This document shows, piece by piece, positions 37,942 to 47,900 of a DNA stretch of 64,000 bases. Every line of letters starts with the position of its first letter. Position 1 is the stretch's first letter. This DNA is from a virus. The DNA lies in IMG/VR virus record IMGVR_UViG_3300020478_001251, positions 1 to 64,000 of that record; one strand, 5' to 3'. The position numbers and the translations under genes are program-made. Under the pieces are notes generated by a model. It worked only from the letters and a program-made list of their open reading frames with translations. It ran no database searches and was not told where the DNA came from.

Positions 37942-39366
37942 TTAAAACCTCACATTAATAATTTGATGTCTATTATAAATATCATCTTTACTATCTATTT
38001 CATATTTCATTTCTTTTAAACCATATTCATCGTTATCAATATCTATTTTACCTTTTTGCATATGTTTTCTATATATCAATTCATTTCTTGCTGTTGCTTT
38101 TATATCCCCTTGAAACTTTTCATCAACAATACCCTCATCTTCATGTGGCATACATTCCATAGTTCCGTATCTTCTATCTGGTTCTAATGTATTTACCAAA
38201 TCACCTATATGTTCTCTTGTAACTTTACCCTCATAAAGAAATAATTTACCATGATTATCACATCCACTTAAATCTATAACTTTAGCTCCTTTATATGATT
38301 TATCAAAATCATAATGTAAGATTAATTTATTTTGATGATTCCATATTTTTATATAAGCTAAATCACCCTTGAAAAAATTTCTAATATTTCCCCAAGAGTT
38401 TGGTGCATTCCTACCAATATAAAATGGTTTTGGTGGATATTTTTTTAATCTATCATCAAGTTTTAATTTAGATTTTTGTATTCCAAACCGAGAACCATAC
38501 TCAACATCATTAATTGTTAATTTTCTAAACCTATTTCTAACATCAACTTCTAAATTAACTTTAGTCCACAAATTAGAGTATCGTTTTACCCAACTATACA
38601 TATGTCTATTTTTCCAAGTCCATAATGATGTTGACCAAGCTCTTGCATTATTGTATGAAATATCAAAATCCCATCCTTGTTTACATAATAAAGGATATTT
38701 TATATATCTTGAATTATCGTTACCAATTAAATACTCTTCTTCATCACTTTTTACAACACCTCTTGTTAATGCCTCTACTTTAAAAGATTTTTGTGGAACT
38801 TCATTTAAAGTATAACTTGGTGGTACTTCAATATATGTAGTAAATCCATCAAATTTCAAAATTCTTTTATTACCAGGTCCTGGAATTGTATCTGGTTTAT
38901 AATAACCTTTTTGATAACATCTCCAAAACAAATCATCATCTTCCATACCCCAACCCCAATAGTTAGTGTGATAACCATTTACATTTTCAAATTGTTCTAT
39001 AGTGAACAACACCACTCCACCAAAGTATTCTACATCTCGTAGTGTGTAATCCCATTGTGATAGATATGTAGCAATCTGTTTTGGTGTTTCACCTGGATAC
39101 GAATAATCAACATCCTCTGTTGGTAACATATCTACATCATGAAATGCTACATAATCACAACCATCTTCTTTTGCTGCAAGAAATGCTACATTCTTTGTTC
39201 CACTTCTGTTAAATTGTTTATCATCTACTTGATGTCCAATGTAAATTCTAAAATCAATATCTCGTTCACTAAAAAATTTTTCTAAATGTGGAACTAATGA
39301 ATCTAAATGTCCTTTCCTTACTCCATCACCCGTATCTCTGTATGGAATACAAATTCCTAATTTCAT
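37942..39366 (-). CDS. GT7 (beta-1,4-galactosyltransferase-like) with inserted LamG domain
   Basis: IPYRD, FNRSGTKN, FHDVDMLP, YFGGV, VNGY..YWGWGMEDDD. Confidence 0.85.
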   Translation of the reverse strand: MKLGICIPYRDTGDGVRKGHLDSLVPHLEKFFSERDIDFRIYIGHQVDDKQFNRSGTKNVAFLAAKEDGCDYVAFHDVDMLPTEDVDYSYPGETPKQIATYLSQWDYTLRDVEYFGGVVLFTIEQFENVNGYHTNYWGWGMEDDDLFWRCYQKGYYKPDTIPGPGNKRILKFDGFTTYIEVPPSYTLNEVPQKSFKVEALTRGVVKSDEEEYLIGNDNSRYIKYPLLCKQGWDFDISYNNARAWSTSLWTWKNRHMYSWVKRYSNLWTKVNLEVDVRNRFRKLTINDVEYGSRFGIQKSKLKLDDRLKKYPPKPFYIGRNAPNSWGNIRNFFKGDLAYIKIWNHQNKLILHYDFDKSYKGAKVIDLSGCDNHGKLFLYEGKVTREHIGDLVNTLEPDRRYGTMECMPHEDEGIVDEKFQGDIKATARNELIYRKHMQKGKIDIDNDEYGLKEMKYEIDSKDDIYNRHQIINVRF

Positions 39367-40799
39367 AAAGTAACCTTTAGATGTAAATAATTTCTTACAT
39401 TTTTTTCTTCAATAATCTCATAATGTAATGTAGTTAATCCATCTTCTAATAAATTACTTTTATTATTACGAATTTGGTCAAAAAATTTAATTTGATTTAA
39501 TCTTGTTGATTCAGTTTTCCATCTACCTGCATTATATCCTGTAGGAGCATGTTTTAATAACTTAAATGTAGATGGTCTTCTAAATGGTTTATTTACTTTT
39601 ATATCTTCATTTTCCATTTCTGTTCGTGGGATACAATTAAAAGTTTTTGGCCAAAATCTTTCTTCTTGATGATTTACCAAATCAATTACTTTACCATGTT
39701 CATACTCCCATTGTCTTTCAAGTAGTAAATGTTTAAAATCATAGTAAATTTTTAAATTTTCACAACTACTATATTGTCCTGTATTTGTTAAATAATTTAC
39801 TCCATGATTTTCATGTAATTCCATTACTTCATTTCCACTCAACCCTACATTCCAATATGCAAAATCTTTTACGAGTCCTCTATAACCTTTAATATCACCT
39901 TTTCTTCTTGGCACACCAGTTCCAATATAGAAAAATTGAGTATCTGTATTTAGAAGTTTTCTTGGAATAACTTTTCTACCAACTTCTTCACCATCTTGAT
40001 ACATAACCAAAACTCGTGTACTTCTATCATAAGTGACAGTTATTCTTGTAAGTTTTGGTGGTGAATGCTCTGATGTTATCGAGTAACATTCTTTTTCAGT
40101 ATCCCAACATTCAAATTTATAACGATTAAATGAACTATAACTGATTGTTGTATCCCAACCTGGTAAAGACCAAACACAATATTCATCAAATGGTTTATTG
40201 TATTCTGGAATAATTTCATCAGGTTTAAAAGTACAATGTATAGTGAAACTATTTTCAATATCAATTGTATTGTAACATTGAATATAACTTTCATCACCAT
40301 GTATATACAAGCCTGAATTATATTCTTTTTCAGATTTATGAACTGAAAAATCTGTTCCTATTTGTTGTTCAGTTAATCGTAAAAGTAAATCATCATCCTC
40401 AAATCCCCAACCCCAATATTCATTGGAATAACCATTTACTTTTTTAAATGAATCAATTGGAAAGATTGTAACGCCACCGAAATATGTATCCCATACTTCT
40501 TGTTTACCACCTTCAAAATTTGTAGCCAAATGTATTGGAACATCTGAGGCGGAATAATCTACATCAACTGGTAACATATCAATATCATGAAATACTACAT
40601 ACTCACACCTTTTCTTTAGTGCTTGTTCAAATCCTATATTGAGTAGTTTACCTCGATTAAATGGTAAATTATCATTTTGTTCAACAATAATTAAATGATA
40701 CGAGATATCCTTATCATTAAAGTATGTTTCTATGTATTCTTTAAATTTTCGTAAATGTGTTGGTCTAGCACGATAAGGAACAATAATTCCTAATTTCAT
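39363..40799 (-). CDS. GT7 (beta-1,4-galactosyltransferase-like) with inserted LamG domain
   Basis: VPYRAR, FNRGKLLNIGF, FHDIDMLP, YFGGV, NGYSNEYWGWGFEDDD, C-terminal DGLTTLHY. Confidence 0.88.
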   Translation of the reverse strand: MKLGIIVPYRARPTHLRKFKEYIETYFNDKDISYHLIIVEQNDNLPFNRGKLLNIGFEQALKKRCEYVVFHDIDMLPVDVDYSASDVPIHLATNFEGGKQEVWDTYFGGVTIFPIDSFKKVNGYSNEYWGWGFEDDDLLLRLTEQQIGTDFSVHKSEKEYNSGLYIHGDESYIQCYNTIDIENSFTIHCTFKPDEIIPEYNKPFDEYCVWSLPGWDTTISYSSFNRYKFECWDTEKECYSITSEHSPPKLTRITVTYDRSTRVLVMYQDGEEVGRKVIPRKLLNTDTQFFYIGTGVPRRKGDIKGYRGLVKDFAYWNVGLSGNEVMELHENHGVNYLTNTGQYSSCENLKIYYDFKHLLLERQWEYEHGKVIDLVNHQEERFWPKTFNCIPRTEMENEDIKVNKPFRRPSTFKLLKHAPTGYNAGRWKTESTRLNQIKFFDQIRNNKSNLLEDGLTTLHYEIIEEKNVRNYLHLKVTL

Positions 40800-41002
40800 T
40801 ACTTATCTTTTTCTGGTTTAGTACCAACAAACTTATCGTGGAATTCAAATAAATACCATTGGAGTCTCTCACTCCATTCTGCTTTATCTACATCTTCAAA
40901 CCATATTGTAAGTGCATCTAAAACATTAGCAATCTTTTCTAATGCTTTTACTTTTCTTTCTTCCAATATTAGTTGTTCGTTTGTTTTTGCTGTATTAGCC
41001 AT
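40799..41002 (-). CDS. Small helical hypothetical protein
   Basis: Start probably ATG 41002 (MANTAKT), preceded by GAGG. Confidence 0.55.
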   Translation of the reverse strand: MANTAKTNEQLILEERKVKALEKIANVLDALTIWFEDVDKAEWSERLQWYLFEFHDKFVGTKPEKDK

Positions 41003-41051
41003 ATAAAACCTCATGAGTTTAGTTTAAGTGTTATAACAATAATAAATATAA

Positions 41052-41912
41052 TTATAAGTTTGAAATATTCAATATTTTTTTAGTTAATATATTCCATTTC
41101 CTATAATGATTATAGTTTGGAACATCTACCCTTTCAAACATATAATTTCTTTCATTTAAATCTAATTTATAGTCCAAATATTCAATTGCAGATAACATTT
41201 TCTTATATTCATGTGCAAATGCCTCTACTGCGGTTGAATTACTTACTTGTTTCAACCTTTCTAATACTGAATAATCCCATTTAAAATGGTGAACTTGTGT
41301 AAAATTCTTTTCTACTGGATATCTTAATGGATGTGATTTACCCCAAGATGTTTTTCCATCTTCAAATTGTATAAAATGTTGACCAGGTACAACATTATGT
41401 TTTCCTTTTAATAATGTAACTTTATTTGCTTCTGCTCTACTTAATGGATATCTAAAGAATCCTGCATTTGGCATTTCTTTCCACACATCACTTTCCAATG
41501 TTATCTTTGGAAAACAACCATCTTCTCCTATTCTATCAATAAATCCACCTGTTACAAATTCATAACCATATTCTTCACACTCCTCAATAATCTGATATGT
41601 TGGTTTAGAATATAATTGTAATTCATCATCATCTGCTACTATCCACCACTCATCTGGTTTTAATGATGTGGTTTCATTATAAAGTTCTGTAACACGATTC
41701 CAATTGAATGGTTCTTCTATTGCAATCTTATGTGGTTTTAAATTAAATTTATCTAATATTTCCAATCCTTGTTCAATAACAGGGTCATCTTTATGATGTG
41801 CATATAAAACTACAAAAATTTCCTTGACATTGTATTGATAATGTTGTAACATATGGTATAACATTGTTGTGTTATGTCCACAAACTGTCACTAAATTTTC
41901 TTTTGGTTTCAT
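41052..41912 (-). CDS. GT-A fold glycosyltransferase (GT2/GT92-like)
   Basis: WWIVADDDE, GQH, HHFKW. Start probably ATG 41912 (MKPKENL), overlapping the upstream stop. Confidence 0.7.
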   Translation of the reverse strand: MKPKENLVTVCGHNTTMLYHMLQHYQYNVKEIFVVLYAHHKDDPVIEQGLEILDKFNLKPHKIAIEEPFNWNRVTELYNETTSLKPDEWWIVADDDELQLYSKPTYQIIEECEEYGYEFVTGGFIDRIGEDGCFPKITLESDVWKEMPNAGFFRYPLSRAEANKVTLLKGKHNVVPGQHFIQFEDGKTSWGKSHPLRYPVEKNFTQVHHFKWDYSVLERLKQVSNSTAVEAFAHEYKKMLSAIEYLDYKLDLNERNYMFERVDVPNYNHYRKWNILTKKILNISNL

Positions 41913-42631
41913 TTTTTCCTCACTATTGTTAATCCTGTTGAACTTGGTTTCCAAGATACTTTATTATGATTAAAGAAGTTAAATACTTCAAATTTTCTTT
42001 TATCTATTGTTTTAACAAACTCAGAAGGACCTGTTAAATCATCACCTTTATGACCTTCTAATTCTACAAAATTTTCTACATACTCTTTATCAGTATCATG
42101 TATTGTAATTAAACCACCTTTATTCATTATCTGTGAATACAATTCAAAATCTTTTTTAACACCCTCAAAAGTATGGTCTGCATCTATATGTAATAAATCT
42201 ATTTTAATATCTTGTTTCACAAAGAAATCATAATATGCCTTTTCCGTTGTTTCTTTTATAAACTTTGGATGAAAATGTCTACGAAAAACACTATCCTCTT
42301 CTACCCAATCTACATTACCATTAAAACCATTACAAGCATCTACAACATAAGTACTTCCATTATCTCCCCACTCCATACAAACTTCTTTATAAAATCCTTG
42401 TTCAGATAAATCATATCTTGCTTGTGTCATTATTCTTGGTATAAATCCACCACCACTTCCTAAACAAACTAATGTTTTAAATTTAAAGAACTGAACTAAG
42501 GTGTAAATAATTAAACCATCACCGAGATGCATATCATCTGCACCATGACTCCAACGATAAGGAACTTCTTCTCCTTCATTCGTTGTGATATAATTCATTA
42601 TATAATCATAATTTAATATTGAATTTTTCAT
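41909..42631 (-). CDS. Class I SAM methyltransferase (Methyltransf_24-like)
   Basis: VCLGSGGGF, IDLLHIDADHTFEGVKKD, GGLITIHD. Confidence 0.85.
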   Translation of the reverse strand: MKNSILNYDYIMNYITTNEGEEVPYRWSHGADDMHLGDGLIIYTLVQFFKFKTLVCLGSGGGFIPRIMTQARYDLSEQGFYKEVCMEWGDNGSTYVVDACNGFNGNVDWVEEDSVFRRHFHPKFIKETTEKAYYDFFVKQDIKIDLLHIDADHTFEGVKKDFELYSQIMNKGGLITIHDTDKEYVENFVELEGHKGDDLTGPSEFVKTIDKRKFEVFNFFNHNKVSWKPSSTGLTIVRKK

Positions 42632-42648
42632 AAAACCTTTTTTAAATA

Positions 42649-43689
42649 TTAATCAAATGGATTATCGTTACTTCCCTTATTGTGTACCAAGAATGTTTTA
42701 CCAAAATATACATCCAATGGTTCTACATCAATCTGAACTACTTCGAATCCATCTTCACTTTGAACCTTTTCTAAACTTGTAATTAAAACTTCATTTCCAT
42801 TCTTATCCATTAAATGTCCACCAGTCAACATATTTGGAACTAAATTCCACATCCAAGTATTTTCACCAACTGGTTTATATAACATTTCATGTTCACCTGT
42901 AATTCTCTCTTCTCCGTTATTTATATTCCAATAACTTTGAACAAAATCAAAATTAATATCTTGAATACTGGCCGAATGTATTGTAAATGATTCTGTTTTT
43001 TCATCTGGAAACCTACAACTTCTCCAATCATCATTATCTTCATCTAACTGACCTGGCATTTCCATTGATTTTATCCACTCTCCAATATTCAACTCTTCAA
43101 CCTTTTTATATGAACCATCTGCCATTTCTATTTTTGTTCCCTCTAATAAACAACTTGGTGAACCACCATAACTATCAACAATAGTTACAGCCTTTGTTCT
43201 TGAAGTATTATAATTAGTTGCATGGTCATTATACCCATCAGTTTGTCCATCTTCTTTAAACTTAACACTAACATTCATACTAATATTATTTGTTCCTGCG
43301 GGAAACCAATCACTATCATCACCTGTGCCAGTATTTGCATTTGATATTGCAGCGGCTGCAAACGAACCTGTAGCTCCTTGATTGGTAAGTGTTGCACCAG
43401 AAGTACTTAAACTCCATTCAAAGTTACTTGTTCCTTTTCCAATCTTATCATTAAACTTAGAACCTTTACCAGTAAAACCTAACACATAAGTTTCTGTAGT
43501 ACTTTCCCAAACATAATTATACCCAGTCAAACTATCAACTGATGTGATTGAAAAATCACTCATTTTAGTTGTAGTTGGACTTCCACCAGCTTCAGATAAT
43601 GAAGTTCGTGTGGTATAATTAGAACGAGAACCACTCACGGCTCTTCCTAATTTTCCTAATGATAATATTTGTGCTGCTGTTGTTGCCAT
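42649..43689 (-). CDS. Ser/Thr-rich putative virion protein with C-terminal Hint domain
   Basis: Hint from Cys at 43152 (CLLEGTKIEMADG), block B TGEH, ending IDVEP..FLVHN followed by KGSNDNPFD. Confidence 0.85.
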   Translation of the reverse strand: MATTAAQILSLGKLGRAVSGSRSNYTTRTSLSEAGGSPTTTKMSDFSITSVDSLTGYNYVWESTTETYVLGFTGKGSKFNDKIGKGTSNFEWSLSTSGATLTNQGATGSFAAAAISNANTGTGDDSDWFPAGTNNISMNVSVKFKEDGQTDGYNDHATNYNTSRTKAVTIVDSYGGSPSCLLEGTKIEMADGSYKKVEELNIGEWIKSMEMPGQLDEDNDDWRSCRFPDEKTESFTIHSASIQDINFDFVQSYWNINNGEERITGEHEMLYKPVGENTWMWNLVPNMLTGGHLMDKNGNEVLITSLEKVQSEDGFEVVQIDVEPLDVYFGKTFLVHNKGSNDNPFD

Positions 43690-43717
43690 AATATTTCCTA
43701 TGTTACACTTATAAATA

Positions 43718-44872
43718 TCACTCGTTATACATTCTTAACATTTTTTCAACCCACTCTTCTTTATTTCCATAATGTTTATCTAAATACTCTCGTAATGGAA
43801 AAACATAATCTCTTCTACCATCAATTGATAAATCACAAATCTTTTTATGTTGTTCATGAAATTCTTCAAGTGTTCCTGCTCTAAATGGATAATCATAACT
43901 TGGTATCCAATCGTGAGCTAATATTGGTATTTTACCATAATCTAATGCCTGAAATATACTATACCCAAATGGTTCATAAATATGTGCTGAATGTGATATT
44001 CCCCAATCTCTTTTCATAAATTTATCTTGATTATCATAATTAAAATTATAAACTTTCCAACCATCTCGATTTAAATCACAATTTCTTTGCCACCACAAAA
44101 TATCTTTTCCCTTAGTGTGTAATATAGAATCTAATCCTTGCATAAAATGTGGACATTTTCTTGTTTCCATTCTTGAAGCAAATCCAACTTGATTACTATC
44201 ATTTACATCAAGATTATTTTTAAACTCATAAAAATTTGGAATATGTTCTACAGGATGTTTTAATTCTCTTTCGTTAACACCAATCCAAAATGGATGTTTA
44301 GCAAGTTTACATAAATCATCTTCCCACTTCTGTTCCATATAAAAATGAAAAGAATTTCTTAAATCAAGAATCATTCCTGATTTTAATACATCGGCAACTG
44401 AAACATGAATTGCATTACTATGTATTTTATGTTTATTTTCTACAATATATTTATGTGGTGCATAATAACCATGTAAAATATTTATTCTTCGAGCATTACC
44501 CAATAATTCTTTAAATTTTGTTGTATCATCACCTTGCCAATGATGTTCCAAATCATCTTTTAATATTTGTCTATAATCTTTTTTAGGTTTATCTTTTGTT
44601 TTTTCAACTACTTTATTAAATGTTTTTTCAATTTTTTTCTGTACTTGTCTACCAGTATTTCCACCTCTACCAACTTTTACACTATTCTCAAAAGTTTTCT
44701 TTTGTTCCTCTGTTTGTGGTTTACTCGGTTTATTTCTATGTATAAGTAACTTAGGTTTTACATCTAACTTTGGTGCAATTTCTTCTATCCAATGGTTAAC
44801 CCAAACATCAGCTCCACCACCAACCATACCAGCACCACCTGTTGAATAATAAACATCATATTCTTCTGACAT
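43718..44872 (-). CDS. GT-B glycosyltransferase (GT4-like)
   Basis: GGGADVWV, IPNFY, FASR...K, YEPFGYSIFQALDYGKIPI. Confidence 0.75.
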   Translation of the reverse strand: MSEEYDVYYSTGGAGMVGGGADVWVNHWIEEIAPKLDVKPKLLIHRNKPSKPQTEEQKKTFENSVKVGRGGNTGRQVQKKIEKTFNKVVEKTKDKPKKDYRQILKDDLEHHWQGDDTTKFKELLGNARRINILHGYYAPHKYIVENKHKIHSNAIHVSVADVLKSGMILDLRNSFHFYMEQKWEDDLCKLAKHPFWIGVNERELKHPVEHIPNFYEFKNNLDVNDSNQVGFASRMETRKCPHFMQGLDSILHTKGKDILWWQRNCDLNRDGWKVYNFNYDNQDKFMKRDWGISHSAHIYEPFGYSIFQALDYGKIPILAHDWIPSYDYPFRAGTLEEFHEQHKKICDLSIDGRRDYVFPLREYLDKHYGNKEEWVEKMLRMYNE

Positions 44873-44926
44873 TATAACTCCTTTAATATAAATATAAAAT
44901 TAAATCCTCTTAATGTTAATTATTTA

Positions 44927-47900
44927 TTAAGGTGCTTTTCCTGCATTATGAACAGCAATAGCATTATCACCAAGTTTTACAAAATAAGTATTATTATCCT
45001 CAACATCTAACTTAACAAACAACGCTTCAGATTCAGTATAATTTATCGTTTTAATACTCACAAGTTCTTTATTTGAATTAACTAATTTATCAGTATATTT
45101 ATCTAACGACTTAGCCCTTACCCAACAATATTTAGGTGTAGCTTCTGTAATATTTCCATCATTATTTAATGATAAATCTCTATACACTAAGAATGGATGT
45201 TCATATGTTGATTTTATACTATTATCATTTTCATCAATTATTTCATAATGGTCATAATAATAATCTTGTCCATTAAATACTGCATCTGAATCTGTTATTG
45301 ATGCACCCGCAATTGAACCTGTTGACCAAAAACCATAATCACCAAAATTATCACTATTTGGTAAACCATCAATATTCATAGATTTTAATGAATCTGTTAA
45401 TGTTACATCTTCAATATTTTTCCAAGTTCCATCATTCATCCATACTTTAGTTCCTAATGCAAAACAAGTTGTACCAGTACCACCTGATTCATCAAATACA
45501 TTAACATTTACTTTCACTGCTTTCTTATTCAATCCAGCAGTTTCAGAGTTGTAAAATGCTTTAATAACATAATTCTCTTCAATAGTACCTTCAGCAGTAA
45601 TTCCTGTCTCCATACCCAAAGCAACAAAAGCTTTTGAATTATCATCGGTCATATCACCACCAACCCAAAGTTTAATTGTATCTAATGCAGATACTTCATT
45701 TGAAATGGCACCTGAGAATCCACTATATGCTTCTGTAGTTGCAGTTTGATTTTGTAATTTAACTCTTAAAGTTGTTGTACCATCCGTACTAACTGCACCA
45801 GCCGAACCTGTTCTTCCAATATTCAAATGCATTTTCATACCAGAACCAGCAGTTCCTGGGAAATTATTATTACTTGTATCATTAATGTGAAAATATACTT
45901 CGACATCATCTGTTCCAGAAAGTTCACCCGATTCCACACTCGTTCCACCTATCCACCAAATTTCATCACCTTGTCCTTGATATCCTGAAATGTTAACATC
46001 ATATGGATATGTTAATGGTGTTCCAGGAACTCTCCATACCAACGCATCATTTGCACTGACAGTGAATGAATGATTATTTGCAAGATTTCCACTTGTTGAA
46101 CTTGGATAACCACCATATTTACAATAAATTGTCCAACTACCAGGTTCTAATGATACAGAACTAAATGTAAATGGTCCTGTTCCTGTGGTAGTTCCTAAGT
46201 TTTTCCAACTTGAACCATTATAAGCTCCAAAATAAAGTGTGGCATCATTATTGACTGTAATAGTTCCACTATTTACAGCTCCACCAAATTGATTTACACC
46301 ATTTCTTGAATTCCTAACATTCGCTCCATTAGTATAACTACCATTTGTTACTGAAGTTACAGATTTTCCAGTTGAATTTGCCGCTAATGCAGAATATCCA
46401 CCATTATTCCATTCAAACCCAACTGCATCATTAATAGAACTATTTCTTGTCCAAGTAAACGCTACAGTCTTTGTTGTTGCTTTACCGGTTATTGTAACCG
46501 ACCTATCATTATTTGCACCATATGTATAATCAGCTAAATCACCTATGGAACTAACCGAGGCACCCGTTGTAGTTTGTGAAGAAGCTAAACTTGATATTGC
46601 ATCTGGTGGTATTGCCAGTTCATCGTAATATTCATCAATCCCACCATCTGCACCTATTTTCATCACATCATTATTATATGCACTCAAACCACTATTCCAT
46701 TGATAGTTATGATAATATTGATTAGCACCATCTGTAATAGCAACTGACCCATCTGCCATAAGTTTATAAACTTCAGTTCCATCACCAACAGGGTCATTAA
46801 GGTCTCCATAAATTCTACAATCACTTCCAGCTGCACCACCTCCTGTTGTATCATTAAATGCACCTTCTGGTGTAGAATAACCACCAGACCATTTTCCTGT
46901 AGAACTATTACAGGATTGATAAGTAGTCAATGTGTTTGGATGGTTTAAACTAACAGAAGTGGTAAATAAAACTGGTGAAACAGTCGGGTCATTAGTTGTA
47001 TCATGATTTTGAAATGTAAAACGAACTTTAGCTGTTGTTGTTCCAGTTCCTACAGCGGCATCTACATATCCTAAATTTATAACCTCATCAACAATTTCAC
47101 GCTCAGTTGTATGACTATCATCTATATTAGAAAGTGTAACTGATGTTGTATTACCAGTCGAAGTAGAATAACCGACTGTATTACTACCATCAGATAAATC
47201 TATCACTACATTCATGGCAGAAGCACCAAGTTGTCTAAATCCTTGATATGTAAAATCCTCGACCACTAATTGGTCTGATTCTACACCAACTTTTAAACTT
47301 GTTTTGTTTAAACTCATCGCACTTATCGCAGGATAATGATACAATGCAATTCCAACTGCTGTTGCAGATGTTGTATCAGAATCAGAACCACCCTCACAAG
47401 TAATATCAAGTGTTACTGTCCCAGTTCCTGCAGTTCCTGTTGCCGTTAATAATGCCGTAGATGTAGATGCATCACTAATTGACCAAACGGCAGTATTATC
47501 ACTATAAGCATAAGTAACAACATTATCTGTTGCATTTGTTGGTGAATTAAAATGTAATGTTGTATCTGTACTATTATTTAAAGTAGTTCTAAATATTGTG
47601 GCTGGTGCACTAATTACATTTTTACTATTAGTTGCATCTGGATAAAGTTGATATCGAGCTGATGCATTTGCAGTTCCAGATTCATCCGAAGTAGATGCAC
47701 CACCATTATCATCAACATAAGAATTATCATTATATGGCACCATTCTATAATAATAATTTGTAGTGTTTGTAGAATGACCATCAAGTGTAATAGAAGTACC
47801 TGTAGTTGTTTTACCACTAACATTTCCCCAAGTGACATCATCGGAAGACCTTTGTAGTTGGTAATATGCCGCATATGTACTTGCATTAAAACTTACAGAT

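Noticed and set aside
17802-44872. Cellular O-antigen or capsule locus (bacterial contamination or chimera)
   Set aside because: No wzx/wzy/ABC export genes; continuous strand, gene coupling and promoter motif are shared with the flanking phage structural genes.
42679-45466. Selfish inteins in the two fibre-like genes
   Set aside because: No Cys/Ser/Thr at +1, almost no C-extein, no endonuclease domain, and a terminal position.
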